Of a stretch of DNA of 44,299 bases, positions 9,599-17,728 are shown one piece after another (positions within the stretch are counted from its first letter, which is position 1; each line of letters opens with the position of its first letter). The position numbers and the translations under genes are program-made. Source of the stretch: a virus (taxonomy: Duplodnaviria > Caudoviricetes); the IMG/VR virus record IMGVR_UViG_3300036796_000076, positions 1 through 44,299 of that record. The stretch is one strand, 5' to 3'. The notes under the pieces are model-generated. The model saw nothing but the letters and a program-made list of their open reading frames with translations, did no database searches and had not been told where the DNA came from.

Positions 9599-10207
9599 TC
9601 ATCTACCCTCTACCACGAATGATTTGATCGTACCGACTATTTGGTGCACGAATTGAAGATCACTTTTATCATGTATAACTCGTTGAGAGTTAGCACTATC
9701 TAAGTAGTAGCGCTCATCGTCAAAACGCGCTAACCGCTGAACAGCAATTTTCCCGCCTTTCTCACAAACTAACACATCTTCACCTGGAACCAGTGTGAGC
9801 GTGGAATCAACCAGGATAACGTCTCCTGGCTGGTAGCTGTGTTGAACCTGGTTCTCAACAGCCAAAGCGTAAACGGTATTCCGGTGACTAACAAAAGGCA
9901 GGAATCGTTCTGTGCTGGCAGGTTCTCCTGGCTGCCAATCTCGATCCGGGCCACTCTCTATCGTCCCAATAACAGGAACGCGGTCGGGATCAGATTCAGT
10001 GCCGTGCAGTATCCATTGCACAGGCTTGCGCAGGCACTTAGCCAGAGCTAGCCCGATTTCCAGCGACGGCATAACGTCGCCACGCTCTAAGTTTTGAACG
10101 CCAGGAAGAGAGATACCCACACTTTCCGCGACTTGCTTCAGTGTCAGCTTCAGCTCTAAACGGCGTGCTTTCAGTCGTTCGCCTCGTGTTTTCATACTGT
10201 TAATCAT
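9599..10207 (-). CDS. cB: Prophage repressor CB (XRE HTH + degenerate S24 domain)
   Basis: HTH LTLKQVAESVGISLPGVQNLERG; divergent from cro; alternative start at 10195. Confidence 0.93.
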   Translation of the reverse strand: MINSMKTRGERLKARRLELKLTLKQVAESVGISLPGVQNLERGDVMPSLEIGLALAKCLRKPVQWILHGTESDPDRVPVIGTIESGPDRDWQPGEPASTERFLPFVSHRNTVYALAVENQVQHSYQPGDVILVDSTLTLVPGEDVLVCEKGGKIAVQRLARFDDERYYLDSANSQRVIHDKSDLQFVHQIVGTIKSFVVEGR

Positions 10208-10218
10208 AATAGATCTGT

Positions 10219-10260
10219 TTATAGCTGGCTATAAAATTTATTAATTATACCTGGCTTTAA
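10219..10260. promoter_or_regulatory. CB/Cro operators (OR)
   Basis: TTATAgctggcTATAA (10219-10234) and TTATAcctggcTTTAA (10245-10260) between cB and cro. Confidence 0.8.
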
Positions 10261-10287
10261 TTTGTAGTTATTGATTATAATAATTTC

Positions 10288-10500
10288 ATGAAGCCTGATG
10301 AACTTGTGCGCCATTTTGGCGATGTTGAAAAAGCAGCGGCAGGCGTCGGTGTATCCCCCGGCGCGGTTTATCAATGGCTGTCTGCTGGGGAAATTCCTCG
10401 TCTACGGCAGAGCGATATAGAAGTCCGTACCGCTTACAAACTAAAGAGCGACTTCACCGCTCAACGCGTAGGTAAGGAAGGGAGTGATCGTGGAACTTGA
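10288..10500 (+). CDS. cro: Cro repressor
   Basis: MKPDELVRHFGDVEKAAAGVGVSPGAVYQW, an N15 Cro-like all-helical HTH. Confidence 0.93.
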   Translation: MKPDELVRHFGDVEKAAAGVGVSPGAVYQWLSAGEIPRLRQSDIEVRTAYKLKSDFTAQRVGKEGSDRGT

Positions 10501-11227
10501 TAACATTCGTGCATGCGTGTCCACGGCCCTGTCTGACATTCACTATCTTCAACGCGGTATTCTGGAGGTTCAACTGGAGCAGCTGCGTCTCAGCAGTTCA
10601 GGACGGTTTACTGAAAAACCAACCAGGTTAATCCACATTGGAGATAAAGATGATCATGAAATATTGATAATGGCAGAGCCGGTTCGTTATCACCTGGGAA
10701 AAACTTTCAAACAATCTTCGATGCTACTGACGGAATTAGATTTTCAGACCGCCAGTTGGCGCAGAGCTATTGAACAGTTGAATAAAGAAGAAACTGCGTG
10801 GTTGCATTATTGCTACGGTTGTAAACTGGATTATAAGAATGAAGTGATTGTTTGCCAGTGGCTCTGGCTGGATTTCCTTATTGCTCACTCAAGCTCGGGC
10901 TTTAAAAAAATGAAAGCACCGACAAAAAAAATTATGCAGAAATTAACTTATTATGGAATCCAGCAAGTTAAGTTCTCTATTTTATTTTCAGAGGATGAGG
11001 ACCAGCAGCGTGAGGATGAATATATAAGTTTTTTACTGAATATCTCTGTTGATAGCTGGCGCAAAGATTATAAAAAGCGCTGGTCATTAATGAAATCACG
11101 TTGCCTCTATCTGAATAAAACCGCGTTATTAAATGCGGCGGAGAAACGCAGTGAAATCATCAACCGCAATCGGACAGGATGTACCGACCTGCCTGTGCCA
11201 GCAGATTATGTACAGGAAGCCAGGTAA
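10490..11227 (+). CDS. Q: Late antiterminator Q
   Basis: Follows cro as in N15 immB; SWRRAI and WLHYCYG motifs; start GTG 10490 or 10484. Confidence 0.85.
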   Translation: MELDNIRACVSTALSDIHYLQRGILEVQLEQLRLSSSGRFTEKPTRLIHIGDKDDHEILIMAEPVRYHLGKTFKQSSMLLTELDFQTASWRRAIEQLNKEETAWLHYCYGCKLDYKNEVIVCQWLWLDFLIAHSSSGFKKMKAPTKKIMQKLTYYGIQQVKFSILFSEDEDQQREDEYISFLLNISVDSWRKDYKKRWSLMKSRCLYLNKTALLNAAEKRSEIINRNRTGCTDLPVPADYVQEAR

Positions 11228-11453
11228 ACCAGAACTGAGATACAACGGGGCCAGTAGAGAGTTCATCATCTGGTGCCCTACGTGTGGTTATCGGACGCAT
11301 CCTGATACGAACCAGCAGTCTGTTGTTACCGAATGGTATTTATCTAATCATCCGGGTAATAAACATATCGAAAATATGTGGCTCAAACGTTATTTGGAAA
11401 TCAAAGAGGGTGCGACCACGGTCGCACAAGATAATGATGCAAACACCATTTAA
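11133..11453 (+). CDS. Hypothetical zinc-finger protein
   Basis: CLC...CPTCG; overlaps the end of Q; start uncertain. Confidence 0.6.
   Translation: MRRRNAVKSSTAIGQDVPTCLCQQIMYRKPGKPELRYNGASREFIIWCPTCGYRTHPDTNQQSVVTEWYLSNHPGNKHIENMWLKRYLEIKEGATTVAQDNDANTI
11411..11426. promoter_or_regulatory. Centromere 2
   Basis: TGCGACCACGGTCGCA. Confidence 0.85.
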
Positions 11454-11638
11454 ACAAGGGCCGATGTCGTATGACGACGCGGTAGCTATTTCTGACGTCT
11501 ATAAAAAGAGAGGACATAACACCTTTATTACTCGTTCAGATGATTTAGACGGTCAATACTTTGTATTCGTTAACCTTCCTGAATCACAAAAGGTACCTAC
11601 TCCACGCAGAACTTTCCAACAAAAAAATATGGGAATAA
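11434..11638 (+). CDS. Small hypothetical protein; read-through into the exonuclease depends on an A7 run
   Basis: MMQTPFKQGPM...RTFQQK; with one A fewer it would end KIWE* at TAA 11636-11638. Confidence 0.55.
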
Positions 11639-11640
11639 AT

Positions 11641-12543
11641 ATGGTTAATATGCAAAAAACCATTCTGTCGATGATTATACATAAATGGCTAAAGAGCGAT
11701 TATGTGATCATCGACACGGAAACAACCGGGCTTACTGAAAATGCTGAGATTATCGAGATAGCGATCATCAATATGCGTGGTGAAGTGTTGCTGGACACCT
11801 TGGTGAAGCCGACACAACCAATTCCTCCTGAAGTAACCGAAATCAACCACATCACCAACGAGATGGTCGCCAATGCACCGGCATGGCGTGATATTTTCCC
11901 AGAGGTGCTGGCGATAATCAGCATGCATAAATGGCTGGCGTGGAACTCTGATTTCGATGCTCGTATGCTGGACCAGACCTGCCGATGTACAGGGATTTAC
12001 ACCAATAAAAAAACGTATTTCGCTGCCCTCGTAACATCCCGGATTCACACTAGCCATATTGACGCAAAAGCAGTCTACGACCAGTGGTATGGAGAGTTCG
12101 ACGAGAAGCGCAAAGCTTTCAAGCGTCAGAGCCTGACAACCGCAGCTGCGCGACACGGTGTATCAATGGAGGGAGCACATCGCGCCCTGGCTGATTGCAA
12201 GATGGTTCTGGCCGTTCTGCAAAAAGTCTGCGCCCCCGCTCTTCAACCGGAACGGGCTGCAAATAAAGAATTGCCACCCTGCCCGTTCTGTTATGGCCCG
12301 CCCTCTTTGTTCACTCAGTACCTTGAAGGGAAAAATTACGTACCTTTCTATCAGCCTGTGAATTACGGCGATGAAGGTCTATACGCTGGTTCTTTTGTTT
12401 TCTGCCATGAGTGTGGCGCACGGGGTGAAGAAATCGAAGGCCACGTCTACGACGATTCAGATATCGCCCAGCTTGAAGCGCAAGCAAGGAACGTCTGGTC
12501 TGATCGTGACGAACGCCACCGCTATCTGTATGTATCCAGCTAG
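11641..12543 (+). CDS. DEDDh 3'-5' exonuclease with C-terminal Lar-like Zn domain
   Basis: IIDTETTGL, WNSDFD and HRALADC motifs; C-terminal CPFC...CHECGA. Confidence 0.85.
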   Translation: MVNMQKTILSMIIHKWLKSDYVIIDTETTGLTENAEIIEIAIINMRGEVLLDTLVKPTQPIPPEVTEINHITNEMVANAPAWRDIFPEVLAIISMHKWLAWNSDFDARMLDQTCRCTGIYTNKKTYFAALVTSRIHTSHIDAKAVYDQWYGEFDEKRKAFKRQSLTTAAARHGVSMEGAHRALADCKMVLAVLQKVCAPALQPERAANKELPPCPFCYGPPSLFTQYLEGKNYVPFYQPVNYGDEGLYAGSFVFCHECGARGEEIEGHVYDDSDIAQLEAQARNVWSDRDERHRYLYVSS

Positions 12544-12554
12544 GATGACAAATC

Positions 12555-12797
12555 ATGAAACTGAAAATGTTTACACCTGATGGGTCGGTAATTGTCGAAA
12601 GCAACCTGGTAACGCAGTTCTATCCAGACCATGAAAGTGGCGGTGAGTTAACAACCATCGAAACAGTTTCCGCTACTGGTGAAACTTTCTCTGTGAAGGT
12701 TAAGCACTCATTTCATCAAGTGACAGGTGCGCTTGCCACCGCCTGGAGTGTTGACGAGAAGAAAGCCGAGCGAAGGGGGAGTGATGAATACGATTAA
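12555..12797 (+). CDS. Hypothetical phage protein
   Basis: 80 aa ORF, AGGA RBS, operon packing. Confidence 0.75.
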   Translation: MKLKMFTPDGSVIVESNLVTQFYPDHESGGELTTIETVSATGETFSVKVKHSFHQVTGALATAWSVDEKKAERRGSDEYD

Positions 12798-13071
12798 ACC
12801 AGAAGGGCCTTTTATCCTCATGACGTTCGAGGGGGACGATATTCTTTTTGACGATCGCGGCATCGTGATGATGAACGGGAAGCCGAAATGGACAGGAGTT
12901 GCTCGCCTGTATTTTGAAAGGGATCTTGGCGAGCATAAAGCAAAATATTGGTCGCGAGATATCAAAGACGCGCGCACCTTCAACACGATAGATGAAGCGA
13001 CAAAACAGCTTTGTAAACTGAAAAAACCGCACTTAATCCGGGTTCGCCGATTAGCCGTGAAGGGGGAGTGA
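12784..13071 (+). CDS. Hypothetical phage protein
   Basis: Start MNTIKPEG after GGGGAG; GTGA overlap with the next gene. Confidence 0.7.
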   Translation: MNTIKPEGPFILMTFEGDDILFDDRGIVMMNGKPKWTGVARLYFERDLGEHKAKYWSRDIKDARTFNTIDEATKQLCKLKKPHLIRVRRLAVKGE

Positions 13072-13319
13072 GCATGGCTACAGATGAAATTCTGATGGTG
13101 AATCGCATCGGTCGTGCAGATGGAGATTATGGCTGCTACTGCCCTCACTGCGGGAAGCCAATGTTCTTCAGCGAAGATGATCTGGATGATGTTCGCGGTT
13201 CCCAATACCAGCACACTCGCGTGTTAAGCATCAGAACAGGCGAACGCTGTGATGGCTGGATAGAAGTTTCAACCGGCGCGAAGGTCTCCAAAATTATGTT
13301 TGACCAGGGCGAGGACTGA
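13068..13319 (+). CDS. Hypothetical Cys/His-rich (CPHC) protein
   Basis: CYCPHCG...H...C; translationally coupled. Confidence 0.7.
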   Translation: MSMATDEILMVNRIGRADGDYGCYCPHCGKPMFFSEDDLDDVRGSQYQHTRVLSIRTGERCDGWIEVSTGAKVSKIMFDQGED

Positions 13320-13322
13320 CCC

Positions 13323-13739
13323 ATGAGTACTATTACCAGAGAATGGCTACAGAAGACTATCGATGAGTTTGAGACCACTTGCGACGAGATCCCCTTCGGG
13401 ATGGACGATGACGACGCGAAGATTCTGCAGGTGTTGAAATTGAAGCTTGCATCGATGGACTTTGCGCCAGTGGCAGAAGTTGTCTCGAAGCATGGTGACC
13501 CGGAGGCTTTCGGAGAACGTGAGTTAGCTCTTCGCACTGATATTCAAAAAATGCCATACGGAACGAAATTCTATACTGCCACGCCAGCGCCAAGCGCCGC
13601 CGTCGACGAACTGACTATGTTGGTTAAGCGATTAGCCTTCTCCCTTAGAAACGCCAAACCAGACAGCAAATTGCCCAGCGACGCTATGGCCTATTTGAGC
13701 AGAAAGGGGCTAATAAGCGTCGCGGATATACTGCGATGA
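13323..13739 (+). CDS. Eaa/Ead-like mosaic early phage protein
   Basis: MSTITREWLQKTI N-terminus and PVAEVVSK module typical of lambdoid Eaa/Ea22 mosaics; GAGG RBS. Confidence 0.7.
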   Translation: MSTITREWLQKTIDEFETTCDEIPFGMDDDDAKILQVLKLKLASMDFAPVAEVVSKHGDPEAFGERELALRTDIQKMPYGTKFYTATPAPSAAVDELTMLVKRLAFSLRNAKPDSKLPSDAMAYLSRKGLISVADILR

Positions 13740-13901
13740 GCAGCACCACAGCATGAGATTGAAAATGCTAAATAACAGTAAATCGACTGTATAAATACTG
13801 GTCAGAAAAGAAGAGTTTGCGCTGGATCATACTGCCAGCAGCAGAAGTTTGCGACTTTTGGCATCCCAAAAGTTTCCAAATATTTCTTATGGAGTGAACT
13901 G

Positions 13902-14231
13902 ATGGCACTGACACCAGCACAAAGACAAAAGTTGCGCCGTGAGCGTTTGAAAGAGAATGGCACCCGCAGGCGGGATTGGATTCTGGAACCGGAAGAGCTG
14001 CGAATGCTTAGTGAAATTTGTAAGCAACGCCGTCCAGGTCGAGCGCCCTACTCTGAAAACGAGGTTATAGGGTTGCTAATCCGTAAGAATTACAAAGCGC
14101 TTCAGAAAACTCTGGTGGGAACGTGTCAGCGTTGTGGAAAACCGCTATCAGAAGTATCTGCGTGTCCATTTGATGGTGAAGGCTCGTGCCAGTTAACTAC
14201 TGGCCGATTGAAGCTTGCTATTAAAACGTGA
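13902..14231 (+). CDS. Putative DNA-binding protein (basic N-terminus, C4 zinc finger)
   Basis: TPAQRQKLRRER, RRPGRAPY and CQRC...C...C; GGAG RBS. Confidence 0.8.
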   Translation: MALTPAQRQKLRRERLKENGTRRRDWILEPEELRMLSEICKQRRPGRAPYSENEVIGLLIRKNYKALQKTLVGTCQRCGKPLSEVSACPFDGEGSCQLTTGRLKLAIKT

Positions 14232-14250
14232 CTGGTCACGAGGTTTAAAA

Positions 14251-14472
14251 ATGGATAAAAAATCGTTGTTACTTGAAAAACTTCTGCTGCGGACCAAAGC
14301 CAGTTTGGCCGGTGGCGGGGATGGATTCATTTTTGCGTCAATGCTGGCGTTTGATGTGGGTCTGAGCACACGGACGGTTCGGGAAATGCTGGATGCCGCA
14401 GTGCGAAGTGGCGTCTTAGAAAAAAGGGAGCGAGGAACGGGTCGCGCGCACAAGTATCGGACAATTCAGTGA
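14251..14472 (+). CDS. Small winged-HTH-like protein
   Basis: LAFDVGLSTRTVREMLDAAVRSGVLEK; GAGG RBS. Confidence 0.7.
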   Translation: MDKKSLLLEKLLLRTKASLAGGGDGFIFASMLAFDVGLSTRTVREMLDAAVRSGVLEKRERGTGRAHKYRTIQ

Positions 14473-14509
14473 ATTAGCTCAAAGATTTATTGAAAATTGA
14501 CTGTATCGT

Positions 14510-14538
14510 TTGCGATAAGACCTGTAATTTTATACAGT
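14510..14538 (+). promoter_or_regulatory. SOS promoter with LexA box
   Basis: TTGCGA-N17-TACAGT, overlapped by CTGTAATTTTATACAG (CTG-N10-CAG, 14522-14537). Confidence 0.85.
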
Positions 14539-14560
14539 ATAAATAATGTTGGTAGAATAA

Positions 14561-14791
14561 ATGGTAGACAATTCAATGGCGGATACAGTCGTATCAAGTT
14601 TTGGAAGACTCGATACCCAACTGAGCGATCTCGATGCGGTCCTGGGTTTGGTAGCGATGGCTATGACTTCTCCCGAAGCCAGCCTACACATGGACGAGGC
14701 AACGCGACTTATTTATATGTCGCGCCGGATAGTGAGTAAGTGTCGTACTTTAACCTGCGCCGAAGACCGTTGCTGCCACTCTGTTGAATAG
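14561..14791 (+). CDS. antC: SOS-inducible antirepressor AntC-like
   Basis: Directly downstream of the LexA box; ungapped similarity to AntA (S.EASL...EA..L...R); N15 synteny before the TA pair. Confidence 0.75.
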   Translation: MVDNSMADTVVSSFGRLDTQLSDLDAVLGLVAMAMTSPEASLHMDEATRLIYMSRRIVSKCRTLTCAEDRCCHSVE

Positions 14792-14795
14792 TGAA

Positions 14796-14831
14796 AAGAA
14801 AAAGGTGAGGAGAACCCTCACCTTTTTCTTT
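14796..14831. terminator. Bidirectional terminator between antC and the TA operon
   Basis: AAAGAAAAAGGTGAGG agaac CCTCACCTTTTTCTTT. Confidence 0.85.
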
Positions 14832-14832
14832 G

Positions 14833-15120
14833 CTAATAGATAGCTTGGATGTTTATGTTAGCCCCGCATGCGTGGGCATATTTATTCAGAGTCTTCATAC
14901 TGGCCCCCAGGGGGTTCCCTTCCAGCCGGCTAATTGCCGATGGGGTTATCCCCATCCTTTCAGCCAGGGCAGATTTACTCAAGCCCGCTTTTTCTCTCAT
15001 TTCATAAAGCATTTCGACCAGTGCCAGTTCTTTATCTGCTTCCTGATAACCCCGGATGGCCTCCGGGGTGTTGAGCAGTTTGTCTTTAACCTGGTTGAAT
15101 GGGATGCCTTTTACTTTCAT
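14833..15120 (-). CDS. XRE-HTH antitoxin (N15 gp48/HigA-like)
   Basis: REKAGLSKSALAERMGITPSAISRLE HTH; coupled behind the toxin. Confidence 0.88.
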   Translation of the reverse strand: MKVKGIPFNQVKDKLLNTPEAIRGYQEADKELALVEMLYEMREKAGLSKSALAERMGITPSAISRLEGNPLGASMKTLNKYAHACGANINIQAIY

Positions 15121-15428
15121 TAGTTCATCTCCTTCAGGCGCGTTCTTGCGGTGTCTATTGCCCCTGGTGGGGTTTTCTGCGTTTTCTTAACAAATGCGTG
15201 TAATAGATAAATTTCTTTGCCAACCGCGTAAGCGTACAGCGTTCTCGCGATGTTTTTGTCCCCTACCCTTAGTTCGAATAGCCCCCCGCCGATAACGCGG
15301 CTATGTGGCATTTTCAGCTTACCGTCCTTTTCCAGTCTCTCGATCAGCCGGGTCATGCGACCGCGTAGCTGATCAGGTAGTTCTTGCAGCTCATCCAGCG
15401 CAGCCGGGTGGGTTATCACGTTAAACAT
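15120..15428 (-). CDS. RelE/ParE-family toxin (N15 gp49/HigB-like)
   Basis: Start MFNVITH after AGGAGG; GLFELRV and LLHAFVKKTQKTP motifs. Confidence 0.9.
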   Translation of the reverse strand: MFNVITHPAALDELQELPDQLRGRMTRLIERLEKDGKLKMPHSRVIGGGLFELRVGDKNIARTLYAYAVGKEIYLLHAFVKKTQKTPPGAIDTARTRLKEMN

Positions 15429-15594
15429 AGTATAGCCTCCTGATATGGAAAATATACCAAAAAAGTAATTTTCTCGCAATATGAAAATTTCACTAAAAAG
15501 TGAAAAATAACACTGGATGTGTTTATCGGGCAGAGTTACAGTTCGTGTCGTTGAGAGGGGAAGGCCCCATAACCACATGAATTTGGAGAAAATT

Positions 15595-15816
15595 ATGAAC
15601 TATCAAGGTAACGAAAAAATGCGTCAGGACGCGGCGGAAATTTCTAACGAACTGTATGAGTTATGGCAAAAGGTAAAACGTTTCGAGCGTGATTACAGTT
15701 TCAACAGCAAGGACCTGACAGACCGCCTGGCTGGGCGTCTGATCGGCACGATGGAGCCAAAACTGGCAGAACTGAATAAATTCATGGCCGATGTTGATTA
15801 CCAGTTTGAAGATTAA
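15595..15816 (+). CDS. Hypothetical protein
   Basis: Start MNYQGNEK after GGAG. Confidence 0.7.
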   Translation: MNYQGNEKMRQDAAEISNELYELWQKVKRFERDYSFNSKDLTDRLAGRLIGTMEPKLAELNKFMADVDYQFED

Positions 15817-15827
15817 GGAGTAGCGCG

Positions 15828-16055
15828 GTGAACGTTAAAGAGATTCGGCAGAATATGACTGAAGCAGCATTGAGTGTAGAGGCTGTAATGCGTGGGCATC
15901 CACGCATTAGCTTGAAAGAGTTAAGCGATGCCTGTCGCATTAGTCAGGTATCGGTTGAATTTATCGTTGAGCAGATGGTTTGTCTCGGTGTTGCGCGGCG
16001 CAGTTCTTTCGGACGGTACTCACTCACCGTTGAGTATAAAAACGGAATCTTCTGA
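15828..16055 (+). CDS. Small winged-HTH-like protein
   Basis: AAGGAG RBS; ISLKELSDACRIS...GRYSL. Confidence 0.7.
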   Translation: MNVKEIRQNMTEAALSVEAVMRGHPRISLKELSDACRISQVSVEFIVEQMVCLGVARRSSFGRYSLTVEYKNGIF

Positions 16056-16060
16056 GAGTG

Positions 16061-16076
16061 TGCGACCACGGTCGCA
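16061..16076. promoter_or_regulatory. Centromere 3 (next to the late promoter)
   Basis: TGCGACCACGGTCGCA. Confidence 0.85.
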
Positions 16077-16097
16077 CAGAATAAGAAACGAAAAAGG

Positions 16098-16186
16098 TTG
16101 GCAAAACAGCCATTTTTAGGTATCGTTTTTCTAAGTTGGGTTATTTGCGCCTGACTTCCGAATAACCGCCTCCGGGCGGTTTTTTT
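16098..16186 (+). promoter_or_regulatory. Late promoter with proximal terminator (Q-antiterminated, pR'/tR'-like)
   Basis: TTGGCA-N17-TATCGT, then hairpin AACCGCC-tccg-GGCGGTT plus T run at 16164-16186. Confidence 0.65.
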
Positions 16187-16319
16187 GTACCTGAAAAGTG
16201 GGCGCAGGGAAGGTTGCAGCCCTCCCTGCGGTCAACCCATCGTAGCTATAGGTCGAACCCGAAGCCCACCGCGAATGCGCATCGCCGGGACAGCTTAACC
16301 AGGCCAACCAATAATAGCC

Positions 16320-17390
16320 ATGTATAAACAGCTCGAAATTAAAGACGCACGACTCGTTTGTGCAGATTCTCTCCAGTTCATAAAAACACTGCCGGATAAC
16401 TCAGTCGATTTAATAGCAACAGACCCGCCTTATTTCCGTGTGAAGTCCAACAGTTGGGACAATCAGTGGCCAGATGAATCGGCGTTCCTGGCATGGATTG
16501 ATGAATACCTTAGCGAGTTTTGGCGTGTACTGAAACCTAACGGCAGCATGTATATATTTTGCGGCCCACGCCTTGCCGCTGATATAGAAATTCTGACGCG
16601 ACAACGCATGAACGTCCTGAACCATATCATTTGGTCAAAACCCAGCGGCATGTGGAAGCGACAAAATAAAGAAAGTCTTCGCCAGTTCTTCCCTGCCACC
16701 GAACGGATCATCTTTGCTGAACATTATGGTGCAAATGGATATGCAAAAGGTCAGTCCGGTTATGCGTCAAAGTGTGCTGACCTGCATAAAGAAACATTCG
16801 CGCCATTGATTGAATACTTCGCCAGAGCACGGCGGGAGTTAGGCGTCTCTGCTGCTGAGATAAATTCAGCAACAGGCAAGCAGATGTGTAGCCATTGGTT
16901 TTCGGCGTCGCAGTGGCGTCTGCCTGGGGCAGAGGATTACGCAAAGCTGTACGACTTGTTTTCCCGTAAAGCTCATGAACAGGGCGTTCCTTGCCCCTTT
17001 GATCGTGACTATGGCGACGTCAGCTGCGGGTATGAAGGTTTAAAACAGAATTATGCCGAAGTTAAAACGCAGTACGACAGCCTGAAAGCTGAATATGAAA
17101 ACCTGCGTCGTCCTTTCTCCGTTACCGCCGCCGTTCCTTACACAGACGTGTGGGAGTTTGCGCCGGTGCAGTATTACCCTGGCAAACATCCATGCGAAAA
17201 ACCTGCGGCATTGATGGAACACATTATTAAAAGCAGCAGCCGCCCTGGCGATGTTATCGCTGATTTTTTTATGGGGTCGGGACGAACGATTAAAGAGGCT
17301 CTGAAATTAGGGCGAAAGGCAATAGGCGTTGAAATTGAAGAAGAACGCTTTTTGCAAACAACAAACGAAGTCAGGGAAGCAATAGAGTAA
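16320..17390 (+). CDS. Orphan site-specific DNA methyltransferase (N6A/N4C, beta class)
   Basis: DPPY, HPCEKP and DFFMGSG motifs; no adjacent nuclease. Confidence 0.92.
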   Translation: MYKQLEIKDARLVCADSLQFIKTLPDNSVDLIATDPPYFRVKSNSWDNQWPDESAFLAWIDEYLSEFWRVLKPNGSMYIFCGPRLAADIEILTRQRMNVLNHIIWSKPSGMWKRQNKESLRQFFPATERIIFAEHYGANGYAKGQSGYASKCADLHKETFAPLIEYFARARRELGVSAAEINSATGKQMCSHWFSASQWRLPGAEDYAKLYDLFSRKAHEQGVPCPFDRDYGDVSCGYEGLKQNYAEVKTQYDSLKAEYENLRRPFSVTAAVPYTDVWEFAPVQYYPGKHPCEKPAALMEHIIKSSSRPGDVIADFFMGSGRTIKEALKLGRKAIGVEIEEERFLQTTNEVREAIE

Positions 17391-17452
17391 CCATGTGGGA
17401 CAACGGTCCCACTCTTATTTGCTATCTGGCGATCTACACACAGGAAAATCAG

Positions 17453-17728
17453 ATGGCAACTAATTCTACAACAATTAGCACCGCAGCTTTGACTGTGGTG
17501 CTGAGCGTTGCCAACAAGCTGCGCCCGGATGAGTGGCTGGCAGTCGGCGTTTTCGTCGGTATTATCGGCACGATCCTTTCATTGCTTATAACAGCTTACG
17601 TTAAATTCAGCATGCTCAATGATGCGCGAAAAGCGGAACAGCGTCGTTTTGATTTGCTGAGCAAAACTATTACAAATACGCAGTCGTTAGAGTTGCTACG
17701 GGAAATGGTGGAGAACAAAAAACCATGA
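17453..17728 (+). CDS. Holin
   Basis: Two hydrophobic segments and a charged C-terminus; directly before the endolysin; CAGGA RBS. Confidence 0.75.
   Translation: MATNSTTISTAALTVVLSVANKLRPDEWLAVGVFVGIIGTILSLLITAYVKFSMLNDARKAEQRRFDLLSKTITNTQSLELLREMVENKKP

Noticed and set aside
11284-11433. N-terminal part of the 419-aa ORF-track call
   Set aside because: Overlaps the Zn-finger ORF out of frame with no RBS; real starts are probably 11434 and 11641.
13771-13805. Possible second LexA box (ACTGTATAAATACTGGTCAG)
   Set aside because: Left half matches, but there is no CAG at the required CTG-N10-CAG spacing; at most a decayed site.
15429-15578. Extended toxin N-terminus
   Set aside because: AT-rich divergent promoter region; a strong AGGAGG precedes the ATG at 15428.
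16320-17390. Restriction-modification system
   Set aside because: No cognate endonuclease nearby; typical orphan phage methyltransferase.
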